A DNA stretch of 64,000 nt, from the NCBI RefSeq assembly GCF_004010195.1, contig NC_057740.1:34804799-34868798 (forward strand). Direction: 5' to 3'. Under the pieces are notes generated by a model. It saw only the letters and a list, made by a program, of their open reading frames with translations, was not told the origin of the DNA and did not search any database. This document shows positions 24,945-37,810 of the stretch, in pieces (position 1 is the first letter of the stretch; each line of letters starts with the position of its first letter). This DNA comes from Chiloscyllium plagiosum (Eukaryota). The position numbers were made by a program, and so were the translations under genes.

Positions 24945-25850
24945 TTCATCAAATGTGTGAGTTGCTCGTTAGATGACATCCATTACCTATCCCTAACTGC
25001 CCTTGAAAAGGCATTGGTGAGCCATATTCTTGAACAGCTAAAGTTTATGTGATGTAGGTACATCCATGGTGCAGTTAGGAAAGCAGTTCCAGAATTTTGA
25101 CAAAGTGACACTGAACTAATAGCGATATATTTCCATGATGTGCAGGTGCTGGTGTTGGACTGGGGTGGACAAAGTTAAAAATCACACAACACCAGGTTAT
25201 AGTCCAACAGGTAAACCTGTTGAACTATAACTTGGTGTTGTGTGGTACATTTCTAAGTCAGGACGGTGAGAGGTTTGGAGTGAAACTTACAGATGGTGGT
25301 GTTCCTATTTATCAGCTGCTCTTGTCCTTCTGGCTGGTAGAGGTTACAGGTTAGAAAGCTGTTGATAATGGAGTCTTGGTGAATTACTTCAGCACATCTT
25401 GTACATGGTACATACTGTTGCCATAGTTCATGATGAAGAGAGTGATTGTCTTCAGTGATGAATGCTGTGCCAAGTGTACTGCTTTGTCCTTTATGGTGCT
25501 GAGCTCTTTGAGTGTTGTTAAAGCTGCAAACATTCCAATAAGTGGAGAGTATTCAAGACTAGTGACTTGTGGATGGTGAACAAGCTTTGAGGATACAGGA
25601 GGTGAGTTACTCATTACAGAATTTCTATCCTCTGACCTGTTCTTGTAGCCACAGTATTTGTACAGTTGGTTCAATTCAGTTTCTGGTCAATTATAACCCA
25701 CAGGATGTTGATGGTGGGTGATTCAGTGTTGGTAATGCTATTGAATCTTCAGGGGAGTTGGTTAGATTTTCGCTTGTTGGAGATGATCATTGCTTGGTAC
25801 TTTTGAGACATGAATGTTACTTGCCACTTATGAGCCTGAGCTGACAAATT
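24945..25850 (-). mobile_element. CR1/L2-group LINE 3' part, probable partner of SINE family 4
   Basis: LEYSPL..AALTTLKELSTIKDKA motif; tail matches SINE family 4; related pieces at 28880-29290, 32075-32215, 53885-54190. Confidence 0.65.
25135..25245. mobile_element. Fold-back Penelope-type terminal fragment
   Basis: CACACAACACCAGGTTATAGTCCAACAGGT followed by its inverted copy; same family at 30440-30580. Confidence 0.7.
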
Positions 25851-26109
25851 GAGGTAAGGAAACTTATGAATGGTGGAAAGACATGGGAATTATAGTTCAA
25901 AGGTTGCTTGTTCCTCGTAACCTTATAGCCAGTATCATTTTTCAAATTAACAGTATACCTTGTCTCAACACAGTGATACAGAGAGTTTCCAAGCAAAACG
26001 TTGACAAACATTGGACAGGGTGTGAAATAGGAAGTTGATTTGATTCAATCAGTTCTCTAGTGGATGGTTTATGCTAAGGTTAGGCCCCAAGTCCAGATTG
26101 CCCAAGTCC

Positions 26110-26780
26110 AGGGGTTCAGGTACATAATTCTATGAAGTTTACATCACATATGGACAGGGTGGTTAAAAAGGCATTTAGCACATTTGCCTTCATTACTCAG
26201 TTCTTTGAGTACAGGAGTTGGGAAATCATGTTGAAGTTGTACAGGACATTGGTGAGATCTCTTCTGGAATACTGTGTCAGCCAGGGGTACAAGAAGAATA
26301 TTATTAATGTTGAGAAGTTTCAAAAGAGATTTACCAGAATGTTTCTGGTTATGGAAGGTTTGAGTTAAAAGGAAAGGCCGGATAGGCTGGGACTACTATT
26401 TTACTGGAGTATAGAAGATTGAGAGATGACCTAACAAAGATTTATAAAATCATGAGGTGTATAGATAGGGTTCTTGGTCAGTGTCTTTTCCCTAGGATTG
26501 GGGCTATCAAGACGAGGATGCATATTTTTAAGGTCAGAGGAGAGAGATTTTTTTTAAAAAGGGGCAGACTTTTACACAAAGTGATTCACTGTGGAATGAA
26601 CTTCCTGACAAAATGGTGGATTCAATGTTTAAAAGGTACTTGGATAGGTTTGTGAATAAGAAACATTTGGAGGGATATAGGCCAGGAGCAGGGCAGATGG
26701 GACTGCTTTATTTTGGGATTAGTTTTGGTATGGACTGGTTAGACCGAAGGGTGTGTTTCCATGCTGTAAAACTCTATGAT
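26110..26780 (+). mobile_element. CR1 3' fragment
   Basis: VVKKAF..MLKLYRTLVRSLLEYC; tail ACCGAAGGG..GTTTCCATGCTGTA..CTCTATGA. Confidence 0.85.
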
Positions 26781-26971
26781 ATTGGGTGGCCGTTTGGACA
26801 GTACACCTGCAGGGATGGAGTGAGTGAATGGGACTGATTAGATTGCTCTTTCAAGAGCCAACAGAAACTCAATGGGCCAAGTGACCTAATTGTATGATGT
26901 AATGACACCATTACATTATTAATTTATCTAAAATAAGGTTCTGATCCTATTTAAAACATAGGGTTAATTAA

Positions 26972-27877
26972 AGTCATATAGTTATAGAGATGTACAGCAC
27001 GGAAACAGACCTTTCAGTCCAACCTGACCATGCCAACCAGATATCTCAACCTGATCTATGTCCCACCTGCCAGCACCTGGCCCATATCCCTTCAAACCCT
27101 TCCTATTCATACACCCATCCAAATGCCTCTTAAGTGTTGCAGTTGTACCAGCCTCCACCACTTCCTCTGGCAGCTCATTCCCTACACCATCTGTGTGAAA
27201 AAATTGCCCCTTAGGTCTCTTTTATATCTTTCCCCTCTCACTCTAAACCTATGCCCTCTAGTTCTGGATTCCCCCAACCTAGGGAAAAGATTTTGTCTAT
27301 TTATCCTATCCATGCCCCTCATAATTCTGTAAACCTCTATAAGGTCACCCCCTCAGCCTCCGACACTCCAGGGAAAACAGCCCCAGCCTGTTCAGCCTCA
27401 GCCACAGTTCAAATCCTCCAACCCAGGCAACATCCTTGTAAATCTTTTCTGAACCTGCTCAGATTTGCTTTCCCAAAATGCAGCATCTCGCATTTATCTG
27501 AATTAAACTCCATCCGCCACTTCTCAGCTCATTGGCCCGTCCGGTCAAGATCCTGTTGTAATCTGAGGTAACCCTCTTCACTGTCCACTACACCTCCAAT
27601 TTTGGTGCCATCTGCAAACTTACTAACTGTACCTCTTATGCTCGCGTCTAAATCATTTATGTAAATGACAAAAAGTAGAGGACGCAGCACCGATCCTTGT
27701 GGCACTCCACTGGTCACAGGCCTCCAGTCTGAAAAACAACCCTCCCCCACTACCTTTGAGCCAGATCTGTATCCAAATGGCTAGTTCTCCCTTTATTCCA
27801 TGAGATCTAACTTTGCTAACCAGTCTCCCACGGGGAACCTTGTCGAATGCCTTACTGAAGTCCATATAGATCACATC
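26972..27877 (-). mobile_element. CR1 RT and 3' fragment with internal deletions
   Basis: IYMDFSKAFDKVP, SGVPQGSVL, KFADGTK. Confidence 0.9.
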
Positions 27878-28987
27878 TTGTAATATAACTGCTAAGCATT
27901 GCTGTCCAATGTCTTCAAGGACAATAAAATCAGGAAGGACAGAACATCAGCATTTAGATGCAGCAGTAACGTCCCTACCTTCAGCCCAAAAGACCTGCAT
28001 TTAGGTCCTAACTGCTCCAGAGACGTGTCAGAACAGGCTGGTTAAAAATATTGTTCTTAATTCTTTAATATTAAAACTGGCCTAGCAGAAATAAAACAGA
28101 TTGCTTGGTAGACCAGTCCTTAGTGTTTAGCAATTTAACAATCTTGCTCATAGTTCCATCTCTGGGAATAAAGGGCTCTTCTAACTCAGTGGTAGGAACC
28201 CTACCTCTGACCCTAGGGGACCCAGATTCAAGTCAAGAGTCCTACTTGAGAGGTATCTCAGAACAGACTGACTGGACAATATCTGTTAAGCCTAGTATAA
28301 GCCTTGAACCTATGGTCAGCTGGGATAGGTCAGCATTATCCCCAGTGTTAGGCCTGGGTCAAACCTCCACACCTTCCTACTATTTGCTGTTTATGTCATG
28401 ATTGATTATCAAAATTCCATTTTAATAACCAATAGATGACAATATTTAATCAGTTCTGTGCTCAGATTTCCTGAGAGCACTTTCTGCTGCACTCAACTCA
28501 TTTTCCTGTCTGAAGGCCAAGAGGGGCCATTAATCGTGCTGAATATAGAGCAGATTTAATTATATCAAATGCACTTTTCTGAATCTGTTAAACCTATTCT
28601 AAATTACCTAAATGATCCAATCTTAATTGTGTTCATCTGCCTTTCAGAATCATCTTGGGAAAGTTCGAATTTGGTCCCCCAACTTAATTAAATTGTTCAA
28701 TCCCATTTGTAGCAACAATCACCAATCATCATTTCTTTTCATCTGCTCAGGCCTACTGCTACACACTTTTCTATAAATTATTTTCCTTTGACTGGATAGA
28801 ATTTAATGACCAGTTAATCTGTACTTCACTGATTTTCTTTTTAAAATTCAGCAAAGGATTTCTCACAAAACATCATTTTCTTTTATTCATTCATTGGAGG
28901 TGGGCGTCACTGGCTGGGTCAACATTTATTGTCCATCCCTGTAGGAGGTGGTAGTGAGCTGTCTTCTTGAACTGTGTTGTTTTGTGT

Positions 28988-29215
28988 CACCATAGTCTTA
29001 CCAGACCATAGGGCTACTCTATCATGAGAGAGAGAGACAGAGACAGAGACAGAGACAGAGAGACAGAACTCTCAGGCAGTGATTTAAGCTGAGGGCCACC
29101 ATACCTCAAAAGGAGGGGAAAGGTTGAAGAGGAGAGTCCTTCACGCAGTGATGGGAATTGAACCCATGCTGTTGGCATCACACTGCTTAGCAAACCAACC
29201 ACCCAACTGACTGAG
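28988..29215 (-). mobile_element. tRNA-derived SINE family 2 with internal (GA)/(GAGACA)n microsatellite at 29026-29066
   Basis: Reverse complement of 57535-57750. Confidence 0.7.
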
Positions 29216-30439
29216 GGTGTAAGGGCACCTACAGTGCTATTAGGAAAGAGTTCCAGAATTTTGACCTGGTGACATTAAAGAAATAGCTGGTATTGAAAAC
29301 TCCTTGATCTTTTGACAATGTTATTTGCAAGAAGCTGAGTCATTGAAAGATGTTTCACTTCGAGGCTGTGCGAAAGGCTGTGCGAAAGACATCTGATAAA
29401 GTGGTTACTCCCTCAGAATTACATTGTACAATCGGCTAGGTTTTTTCAAGTCCTGCATTGGAACTACCATGAATTGCAAATCTCTACACTCTGATGGTCA
29501 CCTCTCAACTGCTGCATGATCTCCAGATTGTCAGACTGCTCAGCAAGAGTCCAGTATCAAATATTTCAAGGCTCAAAGTCAACATTTTGGAACCATGTGC
29601 ACTCCCCCCCCCAACCAGCTTGTTGATTGAGAGGAGTGTTTAATTAGGTGGGAGGATGAAGAGGTTCCCCTTCCCACACCCAGTCTAGTAAAGCTGGCAG
29701 CAGGAAAGCTTGTGGAGGCCTGTATATCGATGTTACCAGAACACCCCAATGTGCCGCGACTGTATTAATCTTTCTTCAAGTCCTGAAGTGGTGGGCTGGT
29801 GCTTCAGAGGCACGCAGTGTTTGATCAAGGGGGTCAGGCATTGGTGGGGTGGGCTGGGTGCTGCTAGTGGTTGGGTTGATGCAGGGAGAGCTAAGACCTC
29901 AGGCCTTGCTGCTGACCTGACCTCCTTTCAGCCAGAATTCCCTTGCTGCCCCCACCCTCCCCCATCAAACCTTTCCTGCCCCTCACTCACATTTGCCCTG
30001 GGATCAGGCAACGATTCAAAGGTCCCAAGCTGGCACTAAACTGGCAGCCCTCACCCACCATGCCCCCAGGCCTCCCCAATGTAATGGTAGCTCTGATTAG
30101 CTGTTAGCTCTGAAGAGGGCTGCACTTCCTCCACTGAGTTCCTTGATCCCAAGAGGAAAGTCCATCGTCGGTCTCTCAGGTGCCTGTGTGGGTGGCACAA
30201 GAAATTGCAGGCCTTCGTGAAACAAGTGAAGGTGGGATATCTTCTCAACTGATGACCAAGACTCCGGTCACACCCACAATATTCCTCGCTTTGATGCCAG
30301 GCCCTACCCACAGACCCCATTTCTTGGTCACTCACTCTCCAGCTGATAATTGTCTGAGGATTGACAGATTGTTCACAGTCTTTTTGACATTGAGGTGAGC
30401 TTCTGAGGATGTATTTATGCCATCATCAAGATGTGATAA

Positions 30440-30580
30440 AGAGGTCCCGGTGCTGAAATGAGGTGGACAAAGTTAAAAATCACACAACACCAAGTTACAG
30501 TCCAACAGGATTATTTGGAAGTGCATGCTTTTGGAATGCTGCTCCTTTATCAGGTAACTGGTGGGGCAGGATCATAGGAC
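30440..30580 (-). mobile_element. Penelope-type terminal fragment with degenerate hammerhead
   Basis: Antisense CCTGATAAAGGAGCAGCATTCCAAAAGC; shares AAAGTTAAAAATCACACAACACC with 25135-25245. Confidence 0.65.
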
Positions 30581-30584
30581 AACC

Positions 30585-31180
30585 TGCTTCCATCTCCATA
30601 AAATCACCCTGACTACCTCCTTGCCTTCACTTACCGGCTCCTGAAACCCTCATTCTTGCCTTACGTTCTGTGAGATTTGACTATTCGAGCACTCTCCCGG
30701 CGCACACCCACTCTTCATAAAGTTGAGCTCATCCAAAAGCTTGCTGTCCACGTCTTAACTTGTGCAAAGTTGTTTTCATCCATCACTCGTACACTCACTG
30801 GTCTCCCTTATCTCCCAATCCTGCAGAATTCCCAACGTTGTGTTTGTATTCATGGCTCCATCCCTGCCTATCTCTGTAACTTCTATAAATCTCGGTGACA
30901 TCTTGTGCTCCTCCAATTGTGGCCTCTTGACCATTCCCAATTTTGAGTGCTCTACAATTAGTGGTTATTGTTTTGGTTACCTAGGCTCCAAGGTTTAGAA
31001 TCCTAAATCTATTTGCCTCTCTACTTCTCTTTCTTCCTTCAAAACATTCCTTGAAATCTACCCCTTTGACCAAGCTTTCGCAATATGTCTTTATGTGACA
31101 TATTGTTACACCTTGGTGTCCAGTGAAACACATCAGGATATTTTGCTACAATTTACACTCTACATAAATTCAAGTTGTTG
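30585..31180 (+). mobile_element. L2 LINE 3' fragment
   Basis: RFDYS..L / LHKVELIQKLAVHVLT / SITRTL motifs; tail TACATAAATTCAAGTTGTTGTTG. Confidence 0.7.
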
Positions 31181-32224
31181 TTGTTGAATGTGGATTCAAC
31201 TGAGCAAGACTATCATACCTGCCTCACAGTGAGGATGGTGAGCTATTGGGCCAGTATTTGATTGGACTGTAATCCACCTGATACTTCTGTTTATGATTAG
31301 ACTTTTGTGTAAGTAGAGTGCAGTGACAACTTTGCTGACACTACAAATAATCAGGTTTCTAAATTCCATGTGCTGATCCACTACTCTCCTGTTCTGCCCA
31401 AATACCCAAGAATTGGTCACAAACAGTTCTGCTCCTGGTGTATCACACTGGTCTCCCACTGTGGTCTACAAGAGGAGACTGGATGTGCCTCGGTGGTGTT
31501 TTCAGAGGCCTGGGTTTCACTAAGGCTTTGGAGTTATGCTGCAGTGACAAACAGTGTGAAGAAGCCTCACAATAGGATTTCACTCCCCTTCAATGCACTA
31601 AGGGGGTCAGCATCACTCTTGAGCTACATCTGAGCTTTGTATTGGCACCTAACAGCTTTAATGAAATAGTAATACAGCTGGCTCATTGGCTAAATACTGT
31701 CTGCGAGGGTTTATGGCTGTTATCTTTACACTAAGTTATGTTTCAGTGAATATTTATAAGCTAGACAACAGGGTGAAAATCACCAAATCATTTTTAAGGC
31801 TCAAGGAAGTGTAATTATGTAAGATAAGAATGAAAAATTCATGGTAATGTTAATTAAAGCAGCTCGAATATGAATCCATGCTCATGCATACAGATTGTCC
31901 ATGATAGGATCAAAGTCCCAGTGTTCTTCCAGAGTTAGTGTCAGGAATTGCATTTGGATTTCAAATTTGGTACTGGCCATGTCTGTCTTTCAATAAAGCA
32001 GTTAACTCCTCCGAATTTCATCCTAATAACTTCGATATGTAGTGTGGTGAAACCCTGAGTGGGCAATCAATTTTTTTCTGATTCTTTCACGGGATGTGAA
32101 CAGCACTGCCAAGGTCCAACACTGATTACCCATTTCTAAAAAGTAGTGGTGAGCTACCTTCCTGTACCACCTCAGCCCATGTGATGATGGTGTTTCACCT
32201 GCAGATCTGTCCTGCAAGAACTAT

Positions 32225-32630
32225 TAGAGCACAAGAGTTAAACCTGATTCTCTCTTATCATCTGGGGACAATCGCAAGGGACATAACTTACAGGCAGGAG
32301 ATTTAGAGGGGCTTTGAGGAAGACCTTTCGTCCAGAAGGTGGTGGGGGTCTAGAATGCACTGCCTCAATGAGATGGGTAATCTTGCAACCTTTAAAATTT
32401 ACTTGGATGGGCATGTGAAATGTCATAACATTCAAGGCTATGTGTCTAGTGCTGGAAAGTGGGACATGTGTACAATTAGTGCAAAGTTCTTTAGAGGGTT
32501 GGTGTGGACTGATTGGGGTGAATTACCTGTTTCCACATTGTAAGGATTCTATAGATTCTAGTGTAGCTTTGGCAGAACAGGCTCAATGGGCTGAAGGGCC
32601 TCTTCCCTTCAGTACAATTCTATGATTCGA
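32225..32630 (+). mobile_element. CR1 3' fragment
   Basis: ATFKIYLDGH motif; CR1 tail present twice. Confidence 0.7.
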
Positions 32631-33399
32631 ACTTCGATCAACTGCCCTCAGCAGTTTGTGGCAGAGATGGCAATGAGCATCGCAAAGGAATCACGGCTGA
32701 CTGCGTTCTCCCTCCTTTCATTCTCCCTGGTGTCTTGAGACCAGCACCTTAACCATGCAGTTGTATCAAACCTGCACAAATAGTGATTGTCCATAAATTC
32801 TCCGAATGAATTCCAAATAAAAAATACAGAAAATATAGAAAAGCGTTGAAGAAGCGGTCAGAGAACGAGTGACTTACAGGCTGAAAATGGAAACCAATCC
32901 ACAAAAGAATATTTCTTAAAACGACCAGAAATAGAATCAAGGACTGGGCAAATTGAATCTGTGGTCAAGAAATGGGATGTGGGGGACTGAAAAATGACTG
33001 AATCGAGAGAGAAATCTCTTTCCATTTATTAGATCCTTTGATCCAAACATACTGGCACTTCAACATGAATGGTGATGTTTGGTTTCATTAAATAAAAATA
33101 AAAATGTTATACAAATAATTTTTTTTGAAATTGGTCAAAGTGGTCTAATCTTGCTGTATAGAGAGCTCTTGAAAATACTTTGAGCAGGTGTAGCCCAATG
33201 ATCTATGAGCATATTGTACCTGGTTTGGTTAACTACAAAGTGTGCATTTTGTGTGATCGATTGGACTGACAGGAGATCCATCTCTAGGTTCAATTAATCA
33301 AACAATGATTCCCACATGTGCAGTTCCCACCGTTCATGTGAGACATTAATTATCTTCCCTTTCACTCAAAGAATCTTCAAAACATGTTTTTGTTTATCA

Positions 33400-33770
33400 T
33401 TACTCTTTCATGAGGTATGGGCATTATTGGTATCAATGAATGTTCCCCAATCTTGTTCACCCTGGAACTGACTAGCTTGCTAGGCCATTTGTGGCAGCAT
33501 GTTAGTATCTAGAGTTGTACGTAGGTCAGATCTGGTTAAGATGGCAGATTTCCTTCTTTAAGGACTATTTATTGATTAGTTTTTTGTTGTAACAACCAAT
33601 GATAGTTTAGTATCATGATTATTGAGACTAACTACATAATTCCAAACTTACTCATTTAATTTAAATTATATTTTACCTGCTGCTGCTGCAGGGGGTTAGG
33701 AGAGAGAGATTTAAACACACGTTCCCAGAGAATTTATCTAAGCTTCACAATGACTAGTCCAGTGATAGTT
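33400..33770 (-). mobile_element. SINE family 4 copy, degraded
   Basis: Antisense similarity to 13123-13460; other copies at 35755-36040, 59455-59580, 60110-60300. Confidence 0.55.
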
Positions 33771-33789
33771 CCCAAACATCCTCCTTAAA

Positions 33790-34205
33790 CAAAATGAAAG
33801 CTTTGCATTTATACCATTTCCTTCACTGGACAATCTAAAGCACATTACAGTTGATTCAGTCATGCCTTTGCTGTTGTCATGTGAGAAACATAGGAGCCAA
33901 TTTGTGCACAGGAAGCAGTGGTGTGATGACAGCAGGGTAATCTGCTCTGTGATATAGATTGAGAGATAAATATTGGTGAGGAACACCATGAACTCCCTGA
34001 CACTGTTTCACTCGACCTTTTACATCCTACTGAGAGGGCGGGTGGGAGCTCTGTTTCATGTCCCACTCAAAGATCAAAGTTTTGACAGTACAACTCTCTC
34101 AGTACTAGACGTGAGCCTGGGTTGTTCTGCTCATATCCTTGAGTGGAATGTGCAACTTTAACATTCTAAACTCAGAAGCATAATAATTGATGACTGAGCC
34201 ACATC
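33790..34205 (-). mobile_element. Deu-type SINE
   Basis: GCCAATTTGTGCACAGGAAGC core; TTTGCATTTATA antisense tail. Confidence 0.6.
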
Positions 34206-34360
34206 TCAACCAATATTAGATCTAGAAACATTTGAGAATGATTGCTCCACGTGGATTTCTGGGTGTTGTCACACCATGTGGGTTACTGTGTTGAAGGATA
34301 GCATTGCTGCTGAACTGAAAATACATTTTATTTGGTCTTCTGTGATTGGAAGTGTCCGTT

Positions 34361-34980
34361 TGTACAGGTGAAGATCTGGACCCCCTGGAAGTGGTAGGCT
34401 GGGGTCTCTCTGTTCTGTGATCAGTCAATAAACACTCAATCGGTCTGGTCCTTTAAGATTTCACACTTTATTTAATACGGCCGGACACAGATCATCCAGA
34501 AGCACAGAGGTTAAACACTTCCGTGTTCCTCAGAGGAACTGTGCATGTGGCTTAAAACAAAGACATTGTTATGATTTACTTAATGAGAAGTACAGGCCAT
34601 AATCGTACATAATTATCAATTAATTAACAGAATGGTTTTATTGGCAGCAATTCAACCCAATGATATTTCCTGGGATCCAACTTTGTTTTCCAAAACTTAA
34701 GCCATTCTTATCTCATCAACCTAGTCTCTGCACCTGCACTTGAAGGTCAGTTAGAATGGCTAGTAGTGTCTTATCTAGTCTAGTTATTTCTATGCTGTAA
34801 AGGAAGCATTGTCTGCTAATCTTTGTTGAGACAGACTGTGGTCAAGTCAGTGATGCAGCTTTAACCAGGGTTAAAAGCCATTTTATGCAGCTTTAGGCAG
34901 AATTGTCAATTTGCAGCCTAGAAGCCATTTTATTTTGACATAAGTCAGTATGAATATGTATTAAGTGGTTGTTCCTGACA
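34361..34980 (-). mobile_element. Candidate solo LTR (ERV-like)
   Basis: TG...CA ends; minus-strand AATAAA ~100 bp from the end; GGGGGTCCAGATCTTCA near the 3' end; repeated AAGCCATT(T/C)T and TGCAGCTTTA motifs in the U3-like part; no clean TSD. Confidence 0.4.
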
Positions 34981-36282
34981 ACAACTAGTTACCTCAGCCT
35001 GTATTCAGGTTTCAGATTGTCACAGATTGTTGCAATAATGATTCTTCTTCCCTAATTGAGTTGTCAGGGGTTAGTGCAGTGAAGTTGTTCCCACAGTTAG
35101 GTTGGGAATTCCAGAATTTTCACCCAGTACCCAAGAAGAAATGGTGGTATGTGACTTGGAGGGGCATTGCCTTGTGTTGGGTGCCATTGTCCTTCTGGAT
35201 GGGTGAAGTTACGATTTCAGAGTAGGTAGCTTGGCCCATCTCAGTGAGATCATGGCGGATCTGATTCCTCCACATTCCGACCTGCTCCCAATAACCTTTC
35301 ATCCCCTTTGCTTATGGGGGGGTGGGGGGTGCTGTTGAAGGAACTGGGCGGGTTATTGCAATGCTACTGATCTTCTGCTGTTATGTTGCCAAACAGAATG
35401 GTCGCCTTACAGCACAGCAAGATCCCGCAGTCTTCTGCTATGGGCACCGGAGACACATTTTCCTTCAGGTGGAGTGGAATTGGGGAAGGTGCAATCTGCA
35501 AACAGAGAATGACAGTGGCAGAGGAATAAATGTTTGCTGTGATGCATAGGCTTCTGAGAGAAGGAGAAAAAGACAGTTTTTCGGACAACCATAGAATTTC
35601 TGGAATAAGATTTCCCAAGGCCCTGTGTTGTCTGGCTTCTTTTATTATGCAGGGGGCAACAGGAAAGTACATTTCTGATGCCCTGCATATAACTTTGTGT
35701 TTACATATCTGTTGTGCACTCCTTTTTCACCTTTAAGTCTATTGAGCGTCTTTTTAAAAAAAAAATGTTCACAGCATGAAGACATCATTGACTAAGCTGG
35801 CATTTATTACCCATCTCGACTTGCCCAGAGGCCAGCTGTCAACAACATTGGTCTGGAGTCCCATGTAGGTCAGAACAGGTAAGAGTGACAGATTTTCTTT
35901 CCTCGAGGACACCAGTGAACTAGGTAGAATTTAGAAAAAAACCCCATTTGGCCAGCTCCCTATTTGAGATTATTTTTTTAACTGATCTCAGATTTCACTA
36001 TGCACTAAAGTGGGACTTGAGCCCATCATCCACAGACCATCACCAGCTCGTCACTGTCTTCCCATTTTGAGGAAGGTATTAGTAAAGGTGTCACAATAAA
36101 AACGATCCTGCATAAACTATCCTTTAGCCCCTTCTCACCCGTGGGAATTGTATGACGTTGCACCTTCCACAGATGACACTTACAGGGATAATAATTTATC
36201 TGACCATCCCACTGAGTCTCCTGAATTTCAAACTTCTCCCAGGAATGGAGTAATCTCCTGGACTTGCCTGTCATTGGAATTT

Positions 36283-36467
36283 AGCAGAAAGTGAGGACTG
36301 CAGATGCTGGAGATCAGAGCTGAAAAATGTGTTGCTGGAAAAGTGCAGCAGGTCAGGCAGCATCAAAGGAGCAGGAGAACCGACGTTTCGGGCATAGGCC
36401 CTTCTTCAGGAATCCTTTGATGCTGCCTGACCTGCTGCGCTTTTCCAGCAACACATTTTTCAGCTCT
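36283..36467. mobile_element. Fold-back Penelope-derived short element with 14-bp TSD
   Basis: TSD TGTCATTGGAATTT at 36269-36282 and 36468-36481. Confidence 0.88.
36378..36413 (-). ncRNA. Minimal type I hammerhead ribozyme motif
   Basis: CUGAAGA-A-GGGC(CUAU)GCCC-GAAAC-GUC; stem I weak. Confidence 0.65.
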
Positions 36468-37019
36468 TGTCATTGGAATTTCCTGAGTTCCACAACCAGC
36501 CACTCTTCTCTTTGCCAGTACTAAACTGGGATTTTAATGTGTTTTCATTTCTTTCAGAAGGTAATATGGGTTTACACAATACGGATTGTGTCTTTATGGT
36601 AATGCACAAGATATCGCCATTGTGTGGTCCAGGCTAGATTGGCTGAAGGATCTTTTCCTGTCTGTGATTGTTCTTCGGCTCTTAAAAAGCTGAATTGACT
36701 TGGACCAGATCAAACTGAGACTCCAGGCTTTGCAATTATCGAAATGCAGGGGAGAACTTAATTTACCTAATTGTAAATTAATATGCTCAGTTTCAGACTA
36801 CACAAAATCCAATTTGTGGTTGAACTGTGAAAGAAAGCAGTTTATGCTGAAGTTTCACTTGAGGCTGAGTGTGCTATCGTGGTGCATCAATTGTAACCAC
36901 ATTCATTCCTGCCCTGATTTCCAGGAACAAACCTCCTGGATTAAAAAAAACATATAGCCCTCATCTAGAATCAGTAACTTCAGTTGTGAATACAACAAAC
37001 TTGGTTTGAAACAGCACTT

Positions 37020-37530
37020 AGGGGTGGCTCAGTGCTTAGCACTCCTGCTTTGCAGCACCTAGGTTTGGTTCTACCCTCAAATGGCTGTCTGCGAGGAATT
37101 TGCATGTTCTTCCTGTATCTAAGTGGGTTTCCTCCAACGACGTGCAAATTTGGTGGATTGGCAATGCTAAATTGCCCATAGCCAAGAGTGTGGTGCTGGA
37201 AAAGCACAGCAGGTCAAGGAGCAGGAGAATCGATATTTCAGATGTAAGGAATGAAGGGTTTGTGCCTGAAATATCGATTCTCCTGCTCCCTGGATGCTGC
37301 CTGACCTGCTGTGCTTTTCCAGCAACACACTCTTGACTCTGATCTACAGTCCTCACTTTCTCCACATTGCCCATAGTGTCCAGGGATGCGCAGACAAGGT
37401 GGGTTAGCCATGGGACTCAGGAGTTATATTGTAGTGGTGGAACTGGGTGGGATGCTTTTTTGAAGGGTTAATGTGGATTCGAAGGGCTGAATGGCCTACT
37501 TCCACACTGTCGGAATTCTATGATTATGAA
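37020..37530 (+). mobile_element. HE1-like SINE interrupted by a fold-back Penelope-derived element (37182-37365)
   Basis: TSD ATTGCCCATAG at 37171-37181 and 37366-37376. Confidence 0.85.
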
Positions 37531-37559
37531 CTGGCAGTCACGGCCACAGATATGTACAT

Positions 37560-37810
37560 TCTTGATATTGTTGTGGTTCTGTTCGCCGAGCTGGGAATTT
37601 GTGTTGCAGACGTTTTGTCCCCTGTCTAGGTGACATCCTCAGTGCTTGGAAGCCTCCTGTGAAGCGCTTCTGTGATCTTTCCTCCGACATCATAAGCACA
37701 ATAAGCACATCGACCTTGACCCAATACACCGACCACTGCAGCAGACAGCTGGAACTGACAACTGGAAGCGGCAGATTCAAACCACTACAAATGCCGGAGG
37801 AAAGATCAAA
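37560..37810. mobile_element. Penelope/Poseidon-type fragment with inverted segments and hammerhead remnant
   Basis: Plus: NKHIDLDPIHRPLQ (GIY-YIG C-terminus); minus 37606-37645: GCA-CTGAGGA-TGTCACC..GGGGAC-AAAAC-GTC-TGC; 18-bp inverted overlap TGATCTTTCCTCCG/CGGAGGAAAGATCA. Confidence 0.75.

Noticed and set aside
29363-29388. 12-bp tandem duplication AGGCTGTGCGAA
   Set aside because: Ordinary slippage duplication.
29590-30330. GC-rich degraded segment, possibly a non-autonomous DNA transposon (also 54530-54770)
   Set aside because: No TIRs or TSD could be established by eye.
36541-36566. 3-nt microexon TTTCAG|AAG|GTAATA
   Set aside because: Splice-like signals alone arise by chance; no host gene is identifiable.
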